A DNA stretch of 62,633 nucleotides, counting the filler, from Hausera hauseri (Eukaryota): assembly GCA_046269625.1 (NCBI GenBank). It is 9 parts of 9 records of this genome, joined end to end, with 100 filler letters (N's around TTAATTAATTAA, not from the genome) between each part and the next. Parts side by side here need not be neighbours in the genome. Positions count along the whole stretch, not along the records: positions 30,370 to 35,814 come from JBJURY010225964.1; positions 35,915 to 52,164 come from JBJURY010311053.1; 7 more parts are not named here. One strand, 5' to 3'. Shown here in pieces: positions 32,306 through 43,100 of this stretch. Within the stretch, counting starts at the first letter, position 1. Each line of letters starts with the position of its first letter. Under the pieces are notes generated by a model. The model was not told where the DNA came from and did no database searches. It saw nothing but the letters and a program-made list of their open reading frames with translations. Both the position numbers and the translations under genes were made by a program.

Positions 32306-33083
32306 TTCTTCCGGATAAATTGCACGGAGTAGCGGTACACGTACTCCACCGACCAAAATCGGTTCGGTGACGTTCACGTACCATGGCCAAATCTTTGTCC
32401 AATGAAATGTCGACAATATCCTTAGCCAGTTCAAATTCAATATATCCATTTGCATCTGAATCGAAAACTTTAAATATCTCCTTATACTTTTGATTTGAAG
32501 AAAAATGTTGACAGAGATGTGCTAGAGATTCACAATGACATTGTCTCCAATCGATACGTATGACGTTGATAGCCTCTCTGCTGTATATGTAAATTTCACC
32601 GTTGTCTGGTAATATACGGGACTTAATCTTGGACCAACTACATATTCACTTTTAATATGTTTATCTTTGTACTCTATTTTTGAATCCGAATTTCTGCGCC
32701 ATCTCAGGACTCATCGATAACAGTAAATTCAAAATCTGCCATAAATGTAAGTTTTGATCTAAAATAAAAACATAGATTTTGCCGTGTGAACATTAATTTG
32801 CTTAGGTCGTGCAAATGGCCGATTCTCCAACTGTTATTTTATTGTTAGTAAGTGTCAGGGGACAATAATGTGTTTTGGTTTTAGTAACAGTCTGGTTGTG
32901 TGTTATTTTCATACTACCTTTCAATGTCAGCGGTGCGTAGGGAAAGTAAAATTCCGTCAGTGCAACCTCCCATTTTGCAGATAAATCCAAAGGATTGTTC
33001 TAATCTACAACGTATTTACTGGCTGAATTGCTCGGACGAGTCGTCGGACAACTGTTACTCAAAAACATCATGTAAATACTCAT
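32306..33083 (-). pseudogene. Polinton minor capsid protein (penton)
   Basis: MSIYMMFLSNSC..PSNSASKYVV..PLDLSAKWEVALTEFYFP at N-term; YVNVTEPILVGGVRVPLLRAI near C-term. Confidence 0.85.
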
Positions 33084-33122
33084 GATCTCGATGATGATGA
33101 TGATGATGATGAAGTGATGATG

Positions 33123-34276
33123 ATGATGATTTTGACTTCTAACAATGTGTTTTTTTGTTGCATTTTTCACCGGGATCCATTGGTCTGATCGTGAGGCGGC
33201 TATAATAGGAAGTGCTCAACTACTGATGGGCTACATGCTCAACCCATTTCCACAACCAGCAGACTTGAACAATGGGTAATTTTTGGAGTTTGAAATTTCC
33301 CCATCAATTTTTCCCCATGTTCCCATGGTCAGACAACGTCGAAATTGTGCGCATTCGATTCCACGACATTAATTTGACATTTGCGCCAAACATTGAGCAA
33401 TTCATAACTCGTATCTCGTTTCTCATAAAATATTTCCTGTTTTGCTTCTTTTGCTTCTAGCGCCCCCAGTAATATTTTCGACTATCGCCGCGCTAGAAAA
33501 TTTTTCTCGCCTCGTCCAGCTCTACCGATTTCAGCCGGTGAAATGTGCGACAGGTAACATGTGCTTCAGGCTGGGGGGGGGTCTTCGACCACAAAACATG
33601 AAATCCTCAGAATTGCGAGATAGGTGGGGAAAACTGGTTTCCAGCTCGATCTGAGCACTCTTTGGGAAGTGATTAGGAGCCCACACTTCTACCTACTATG
33701 ATGATTTTGACTAACATTGCGCGTTTTTGGTTCATTCGTCCGTTCGTTTGATTACATTTTTCACCCCGATCCATTGGTCTGATCGTGAGGCGGCTATAAT
33801 ATGAAATTTTCCCCAGCTGATTGGCAATGTATTAGCCCAATTTTCATCACTGGCAGACTTGAACACGGGGAAATTTTACTCCTTTGAAATTCTCCCATCG
33901 ATTTTTCCCCATGTTCCCGTCATCTGACCGACTTGCAACAGTGTCCATTGCAAATGCCAATATAGATTTATCCCTTGTACACATTTTCGCAGTGCGAGCA
34001 ATATGTTTCGCCTTACACGTGGAGCATTTCTTGTTTTGCTTCTTCCTCTTCTAGTGCCTCTCCCTTACGTTTCTGTAAGCCGCACCTCTATTCACTTTTG
34101 CTCACCTCGTCACGCGCTATCGACATCACCTGTCCGAACCTCTTTGCTCGACCTCATTTTCTGGGGGGGGGTCGTGAGAAACTTTTAGTGAAATGTTCAG
34201 AATAGCTTATCAGGTGGGAAAAACTGGTCGGCGGGCCAATCAGAGAAGTGCGGTGTAGAACTCACTTCTACCTACT
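33123..34276 (-). repeat. Two diverged head-to-tail copies (~575 bp) of a Polinton terminal repeat
   Basis: Units ~33123-33697 and 33698-34276 share ATGATGATTTTGACT, GATCCATTGGTCTGATCGTGAGGCGGCTATAATA, a G-run plus TC, and end in CACTTCTACCTACT (minus strand 5'-AGTAGGTAGAAGTG, a Polinton-style AG/AGT terminus). Confidence 0.8.
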
Positions 34277-35529
34277 GGCATATGTTGTGAAAAGCTGCAC
34301 CGACATTTTGTTGAAAACAATTTGATCTATGGTTACAAAGGCCTGAAAAAAATAACATTTTAACAACTGTTCATAGTTTACACCCATACATCACGAATAG
34401 CGCAAAACTTGTAATCCTGTTTTCTTGCACATGAAAATGTATCATCGAATCGCAAATAATGCACAATGCTCTGAAATCTATTTCGACTCATGGTATCAGT
34501 AAACATCGGTCTTCCATACTCCTGTCCCAAAACTTTACAAATTGTTCATTTTTACCCTCCCGGACGCCCTTTGCAAGCGACAAACCAATATAAGCTTTAT
34601 GTTCATCAACTGTAATGCTGAAACTTTCATCATTTTGAACTCTATTTTGCTGCAGTAAACTTAACGATACTGGAAAAGTTCTTATAATCAAATGACTCAA
34701 GAAATACGTTTTCAACATACTGCACTCTTGCCAGAATAAAACGTTTAGGACCACCTTTTCCCGAACTTTATTGTGCATTGGAACTCGTCCAATACAATTG
34801 CCGATTGACGGCTGCTTTGAGCATTCAGTTTCATTTTTCCCTCTATGAATCATGAGTCCATGAAACGGATTTGGAATTCTTATTCTTAATATCAAAAATG
34901 GAGCAGTACTTGCATCAGTGCTTGACTCAGTTTCCTGAATTGCCTCACTGTCCGTTTCACTTTCTGAGCTACTAGTAACTTGTGGATCACTTTCATTCTA
35001 TTAACTATCCACACTGTCATTTTCTTTTTCATCTGAATCGCTCTCTGCTAGCAAACGATTAAGAATTTCAGTCGCACAGAATCGCCTTTTGTAGTTGCTC
35101 ATTATAATGTGACAAAATATCACTGATAACAACCAATAATAATGAAATGAAACTCAATCCTGCTATGGAACTAAGTACTTACACTAGATTGTTAGTCATG
35201 CAGATTTATTAAATAATTGCTAAATTGTAACGTATCTTTACCATAACATAAGATGCTATGTATCTGAGCGCTTTTCAAATCAAAAATTAATTTCGCTTGG
35301 TAATTACGGCCAACTACAATCTCATCTTTTGATTGACCGGTTTGGTATTTCCAGGTAAAATTAATTTTCTCTTGTGTTGAAGGACAGAAACTAATTAAAT
35401 CAAATCTCTCGTAAAGCGATCGATACATGTGACAAAGTCACTAAACGTCGGATAATGTTTCGGTAAACTAACGCTACAACAATGAAAACATTTAACAGCA
35501 GTCAATTGACCGGCATGGTAATTCTAGGG
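34277..35529 (-). mobile_element. piggyBac transposon 5' half, interrupted by the Polinton
   Basis: TTAA (35530-35533) plus CCCTAG terminus; acidic N-term; MSRNRFQSIVHYLRFDD, KFCAIRDVW, LFSTKCRCSFSQHMP ending exactly at the Polinton terminus. Confidence 0.9.
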
Positions 35530-36691
35530 TTAAGATCCTAATGCGTATATCAGAACAAATAATTACACACAACTTTACACAAATTGCACAATAATTGCAC
35601 ATCATTTCGAGTTTGATATCTAAACTAGAACGAATTGATAAATTTGTTCCAGTATCCATATAACTTACTTGATATTACGACACTTTCTTCATAAGTAGTT
35701 TACCAAACATGAGTACAAATAAATTAACAACTTTGTTTTACTAATTTCCATTTCAAATTCGAAATTATGTAACATTCTAGTGTCACTAAACAAAATTACT
35801 TTCCAAATATAAATNNNNNNNNNNNNNNNNNNNNNNNNNNNNNNNNNNNNNNNNNNNNTTAATTAATTAANNNNNNNNNNNNNNNNNNNNNNNNNNNNNN
35901 NNNNNNNNNNNNNNATTTAAGATGAGGTTTGAAGTAGTTCCTCAATATTTCCATACAATTTTGTATGCGACTGAGTCTCTGCCGTTCAGCGCTCATTACG
36001 CTCTTGGTTGAACAGAGGCAAGTATTACAGAATGAACTCAGTTGTTTGGTCTCCCAGACCACACGGACGTTTGGCAAGCAGTTCCAGTTTTAGAATCTCT
36101 GTGTGGCGATGTAGGCGGGTGTGACCAATTATGAGTCGCAATAGGCAGTTGGTCTGCTCGATCAAGAAAGTGGATCTCATCTCTTTGCTGGGGAATTTTG
36201 TATGTCATAACCAAACGTTAAGCTGCTTGATTCATTGTTCTAGTACACTGCAGGGTTGCAAGTTGCTTGTAAAGAAATCTGAATTTTTTTGGTAATCAGA
36301 ATGACAAAATTAGAGATGAGTCATTCGAATCATCGAATGACTCGAATCATGAAAAAACATTCGTTATTCGAAAACTCGAAGATTTTGCCCCCTTTCCGCA
36401 ATATAAATATCTCAAATTAAAGAAAAAATAATCTCATTATACCTTTTTACTCAGAACTTTAAAAACAATAGTTTTGAAAAAAAAATTCAGGTTTAAAAAA
36501 AACGGGATCTTGCAAATTTAGTCATCGAAATGGCGCATTGTTTCATTATGCTATCTAACGAAATATGAAGGAATTATTTAATGCGCCGTGATCTCTCGAA
36601 TTTTGCATTCTCGAAACTAAAGCGATAGTTGTTGACGTAAAATATTAATATGAATGGGTGTTTCTGGCAACTAATGTCATGATACAGAAAC

Positions 36692-37790
36692 TTCACGTTG
36701 CATACACGACTCCAGTTGTATGTCAGTAAAAATACTTATCGACGATTTCTTCTCAGCTCAGTGTTATCATATAACGTACTTCTACTAGAATTTTTCACAA
36801 GTCTACCCTGACTGGCTGAACATGCAAGAACATTTTCCCTCTGTTTAATCTTCTATTTTTAATGTTAAATAAATATTTATATATGTTAACTCTTAACAAA
36901 AATTCTCCTTCCTCAACCTTTGTTTTGATTTTAAAAGTTTCTAGAAACCTTTTTTAAAAGAATACAATCTTAACTATTGATGCATTTTTTAAATCAAATT
37001 ATTTTGAGATAATAAATCTCAAGATTCAAGTTTTCAATTAAAACTCTTGTACATAATAACATTTGGACACAATTAAAACTTTCAGTCATGGACTTCTTTG
37101 ACTAATTTTCATGCGTATCTTTTTAAAAATAAAAATGTGTAATTTTTAAAATAAAAACCGTTTTCCTAAATTCTTTTTTTTTACAAAAATTAAACGGAGA
37201 TTTTGAATTTGGCTGTAATTTAAAAAAAAAAAAAACAGTTTAATATTAGGTATAAATGTGTTTTTTCTTTTTCTCTTTAGTCTTATTTCACGTTGCATAC
37301 ACGACTCCAGTTGTATGTCAGTGAAAATACTTACGAACGATTTCTTCTCAGCTCAGTTATCATATAACATACTTTTAATAGAATTTTTCACAAGTCTACC
37401 CTGACTAGCTGAACATGCAAGAAACATTTTGCCTGTGTTTAGTCTTCCATTTTTAATGTTAAATAACTATTTATATATGTAACTCTTAACAAATATTCTC
37501 TCCCTCAACCTTTGTTTTGATTTTAAAAGTTTCTAGGAACCTTTTTAAAAAGAATACATTCTGAACTATTGATGCATTTTTTAAATCAATTTTGAGAAAA
37601 TGAGTCTTAAGATTAAAGCTTTCAATTAAAACTCTTGTACATAATAAAATTTGGATACAATTAAAACTTTCAGTCATGGACTTCTTTGGCTAATTTTCAA
37701 GTGTATTTTTTTAAAAAATAAAAATGTGTAATTTTTAAAATGAAAACTGTTTTCTTAAATTCGATTTTTTTTAAAAATTAAACGGAGATT
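36692..37790. repeat. Direct duplication of a ~510-bp AT-rich unit (36692-37202 and 37287-37790)
   Basis: Both start TTCACGTTGCATACACGACTCCAGTTGTATGTCAGT and end AAATTAAACGGAGATT, with high identity throughout. Confidence 0.92.
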
Positions 37791-38219
37791 TCGAGCTTAG
37801 TTATGTTTAGTCCCTAATAGTTACCAGGAAGTCAGTGCAGGTTCGGAATTTATCAAGAGGGTGATAATAAGAAAAAAAGAAGACACGTATGTCGCAGAAA
37901 GACAGAAGTAATAACACACTGAATGTTGAAAACTTAAAATCAGATGAAGTAAACATCCCGAACAAAACAGATGAAATTAATGTAAATATAAAAAATGAGT
38001 AAATGTCTTACTTTGGAATCAGAAAAAAACAGAACATCTTCGTCGATGTCTGGTTTTTATTTTTTTTTTTTTTTTACTGCTTCCATAGTAATACATATAC
38101 CTTACATTTTGTATATTTACATTCGTGCTATCGTTCCATTGTCTTGCGGCAGTTTCGTTTCACATCGATAATAACAGAGCCCATTCGTTGATATAACTAA
38201 GCAGCATGTTGGTACCAGA

Positions 38220-38854
38220 CAACGGAACAAAAGAAAGTATCGTTAGTGCATTTCCTAATACAAGAATAACTTTCACTAAGAAAAACAACATCTGAAAATC
38301 TGCCCCTTACAACAAAGGCCAAAATAGAATATCTCAGAGAAACTTTATTCATGTGTTCTTGTACAGAGAAGAAAAGCAATATGCCAGAAAATAAAGAGGC
38401 AGACAAACTGACAAAAGAAGGTAGTAAACTACCTCAGGACATCACAAGTGCAACATATGAATAGGCAAAGAGAATAATTAGGAGCAAATACAGAGACACG
38501 TGGGAGAAAGATCATCCAGTCCACACAAAAAATGACGCCTACCACCGTCTAAACAGAAAAGAACAAGTAACTGTATTCGGTCTCAACAAAGGACACAACA
38601 GACTTAAGTACCACATGTTCAATAGATTGAAAATAGGAACCACCGATCAATGTGACTACAGCACTGAGAAAATGATAGCTGAACCTAATGCAGGATTGCC
38701 AATTACATGAAGAACAGAGAAAACTTTAGTGGTCGTCCCTGGTGACCGCCCAAGACAAGCTGTATGGAGTAACTGATGACCTCAAGATGACAGCTGTTTT
38801 CTTTCAAAAAAATTCATGTTGATATCTAAGGCCGTACGAAGAAAAGAAGAAGAG
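38220..38854 (+). mobile_element. RNase H-containing non-LTR retrotransposon 3' remnant (I/Ingi-group-like)
   Basis: ENKEADKLTKEG (RNase H end), LNRKEQVTVF..GHNRLKYHMF, degenerate Zn knuckle, (GAA)n tail. Confidence 0.75.
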
Positions 38855-39360
38855 GTACAGAGAATATTGCTTGAGAGCAATTATTAGCACCCTCCATACA
38901 ATGTGACTGAGGAAAAGCCAAAGTAATCCAACCAAGGGCCATTAAGCAGCTGGCAACTACACGCCTGAGGCAAGCGGGAAGAACTACTCACTATAATAAG
39001 AAATGAGGCTTTGTATGGAATGGACATGTTTTTGGAAAATATCAGGAATACATCACTATAAAACTATTGTGAGTTGCACATCAGTGGGAAAAAAGAAGAG
39101 TAGAATCTGGAGTAAACGACATACAACTCAACTGGGCAACCATAGATTAGTTGTACATTGAGAATGGTGGAATCATTTTGTTTCAGTTCAATAAAACGCC
39201 ACTAGATGTTATGAGCGATGACTGCTTCAGTGGTTGTCATTCAAGGACAAATGATGTTTACGAAAGACATTCACAGATACAGTTCAAAAAACACAATAAT
39301 GTATGTGTACAAAATTTATTGACTTTAATAGAATACAAACAATAGCAACAAGATTTCACA

Positions 39361-39845
39361 GCATACCATAAAATCTCAAATGTTATAACTACATAGAAAT
39401 GATGGAGACATGAGACAGTGAGGAAGTAGATTTAAGGAAACGAAGAATTAAATACATTGTGTAATGGAGACAAGGCATGTGAGACAAGCATGAAGAAGTT
39501 GTAGATATCAGAGAGAAAAAATATTTACAGCCATTTACAATAATCAATTGTGATAATAATATACTAGGGTATATACATAATTACACCTAATAGAAAAACA
39601 CGGAAAATGTAGAAAGATAAAGTTGTTGCATACCACAAAATGTCAAATCTTACAACTACATAGAAATTATGGATTCAAGAGACAGTGCAGAAATAGATAT
39701 GTATGTATATAAAGAAATGAAGAATTAAATATGCTGTGTAATAAAGACAGGATCTGTGAGCCAAGCATAAGGAATCTCTAGATATTAGAGAGAAGAAATA
39801 TTTACAGATATTTACAAAACTGTTTCGTATAAATAAGTTATACTA
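39361..39845. repeat. Diverged direct repeat, period ~267 bp
   Basis: GCATACCA.AAAAT.TCAAAT.TTA.AACTACATAGAAAT at 39361 and 39628, alignable for about 200 bp. Confidence 0.75.
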
Positions 39846-40140
39846 GAACACATGTACATGTTTACAGATACAACTATTTACACAAATATAAAATGAGGAA
39901 TTCATGAATAAACTTTTGTAAAATTTGAAGGTAAAAAATATAAAACTGATAATGAGAAACAACTCCGGTCCCTATTTACAGCATTAAGTATTTGTACATT
40001 AAATATACAATATTATGAAAAAAACAATGCTTCCCTATCTTAAAAGCGATTACTTTTGTTAATATAACAATATTAAACACAGTAATATGCAATGGAAACT
40101 TTATGAGGTAAAATCTGTGGTGGTGTGTGAAATCACATCT

Positions 40141-43100
40141 TTAAGAAACATAATGCTGCAAATCGTTGCCAGTGATTGCCAATACTCTTTGTTCCAGCAA
40201 ACGTTTCCATAAAAACTTTTCTTCTAATGATTCAGCTCTCAGTTTTAACATTTTTACACTGTGCTCTGGATGACCTGCTGGTGGTATTTTCTGTGATCTC
40301 GTCTCCGAGGCAACAGCTTTCAGATGAAGGACAAACTCTAATTCTGTGAAAATTATGAGAAAAAAAAAGCTTAGTTAAAGTTAAAATGCAAAAATTGCAA
40401 AAAATTGGAAAAAAAAAAAAAAAAAATCAAGCCAGATAAAATACTTTTTTCATGATGTCCAGTGAACTTTGTGACCTCCAGCAGAAACACATGGGGCTAT
40501 ATCTATACTAAATGCTGTAAGAGGATAAAATTTGAATTCAATCAAGTCTGTGTTCTGGGAAGTCCTTTCAGAAATACGTTGTCAATGCTGTTAAAACTAT
40601 TTGTATTGGGTCATATAGCAACTATTTGTCAAGTATCAGCTACTAGCAGTGTAATAAATCACAATTAAGAGCAATTATGATGAACAATTTTGTTGAGTTT
40701 ATGTCTTCAGCAGCTGATATTTAAATTTCTAAGGCACATATTACATTTATACATAGCCCAATCCCAGACTGCTTTCACTGAAACATTATACTATTCCTTA
40801 CGTTCAGACTTTTTTGATTTAATGTTTACTTTGGAATAACACTCTACTTTCAGCCGTCTCTATCCCAGTGCCCTCACTTTATATCAACCTCTATTTTCAG
40901 CCTTCTTTTGTATCAATGGTGTCAATTCATTACAACATTCTGTCGCTCTTGACTTTCAGCTTTCTCCAGATTTGTGCTCTAACTTCATGAAGTTTGAGCA
41001 AGTAAATATTAAAATTATAATTTTTTAATGTCATTGTTAGCTGTACACTTACCATGACTCTTAGACATTTCTAATTTTTCCAGATCTTGAACATAGAATA
41101 GACCATCTCGCAGATATAGGGCTCCATCAAATCTCTCCGTAGCCAACAACAATGAATCAGAGAAGAGAAACAGCTGAAATTTAATTGGTAGTCCTTTCTT
41201 GTTCAGTTTGCATATGTTCCCTTGATATATCAGATGCCTTTCTTCTTGGCAAAGTTGAAAAGCCTTGAGGAGAAAAGTACAATGACATATTATTATCAGT
41301 TATTAATTATAAATGACATTTAAAGAAAAACAAATCTGAAATCAGTCTTAGATGTCGCAGTGAAGGGGTCCATGAAACTGTTTATATGATTGTGCCCAGG
41401 TAGCAAACAATTGTCTTGTCTTGTCTTTGATCGACAGTCATCGAGCGTCAACTCTTATTGACTTTGATGCCAATATATGGTACTGTGCAATTTTAAAAAG
41501 CTGCTGTGGGCTGCCATATAGGATATTGTCAATGTTAGGGTTATCGGGTAGTAGAGACCGTCTTAGCTCCTGGAGTGTGGGGCAAGACAGCAGGTGTTGT
41601 TTGCATCCTGTTGTAGTCTGCGGGTCCAGTCTGTTCCTGTGAGCATTTAATGTAGATAGGTACTTACGTTCAATCCCGTAGATAGCATCTTCAGTTTTGG
41701 GGGCTGTAAGGTGCCTAAAAAGCCTCCTTCCGGATTTATGTGCTTCTTGTACAAGTCTGCAACGTTCATGATTAATAAAAAGCATAGTCTTGAAAGACAA
41801 AGAGTCTCTACTTTGGATCAGTGTATGATGCATCAAAAAAAGGAATTCAAGGGAAAAATGTTCAATGTGTAATTTGCTAGTTCATAAACATCTGCTTAAA
41901 AGCAACATTTAAGCCTTCGGATACAAATAATTATATAAAGCCAGTCTTTATTTAAAACAAAAAAAAAAAAAAAAAAAAACCCCAGACGAAGATTAGAACA
42001 TGACAATAACTATTAGTTATTCAACAAGGAAATAATCCGCAGGATTTCTATTTTAATACAGGCGCGTTTCTATTCTTGAGTCCTCTGTGGATCAGTGGTT
42101 ACGACAGTTGTCTTGGCATCTAAAGGTAGGCAGTGCGAAATCACATACGATCCCAAATATTTTGTGAGTTTTTAGTGGGTTATTGGTGACTCTTGCCGCA
42201 CAAATGGAATTTATACACACACTGAATCGGTAAAAACTAGAGACACGTATTAAGAGATGGAGATGAGATATGTGGGAAGGGAATTCCAACAGTGCTTAAA
42301 TAAAAACCTAGGATGGCTCACTCAAGACAAACCTGAAAAAGGTTAATACCAAGTTAACACTGGATGTAAAACAATTAAAACATAGAATAGTTAAAACAGA
42401 GAATAGTTGAAACCGAGAATAGTGTGCAGTTCTTGTATGATCAGTGATAGCTTCAACTTACATGTACTCCGTGGCCAAAGAAGAGCAAGTTTTGTATACG
42501 GCCAATCTCGCTGTCTGATTTGGCTGGCTTTGTCGTGCTGACAGTTGCAGGTGAAGCAGTTCCATGTTTGCCTAAAGGAAGATTAAAATTAAGGATTTAA
42601 AAAAAAAATTACATTTGTAAACATAGATAAGGAGTCGTAAACAAAACGTTCGAGTCCGATTCATTTTTATGCTTCCGATTCTAAATCAGCAGGCCTGCTA
42701 AAGACAGTTCGACTCCGACTCCATTATTGTTGTCGCCTCCTATTTCGAGGCCTCTAAAAGAGAAAATATTGTGCTAACGCCATTTCTCTATATTCCATTT
42801 TCTATGTGCAAACTATGCCCAGTGGTTTGGCGTCCGGTCTGTCACGGCAGAGGTCTGGGTGTAGAAATCCGAACCGTCCACTTCAGTTCACCCAGGTATA
42901 AATGGGTACCGGAGATGTTTCCCTGGGAAATTAAGTGACCACACGTGGTGTCAACCGCATCATTCTTTAATGTGCTATTTCGGCTACCAGAAAATGTTAC
43001 TCCTAGCGACTTGTCCATGAGTGCCAGAAGACATCAAGTGCTTTGATTTCTTTAATGTGAGGAGAAGGGGATGGCGATAGCGTAGTGGTTAATGTATTCG

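Noticed and set aside
35915-36385. hAT-like element end (TAGAGATG with TCGAA repeats)
   Set aside because: No partner TIR, TSD or clear transposase motif visible.
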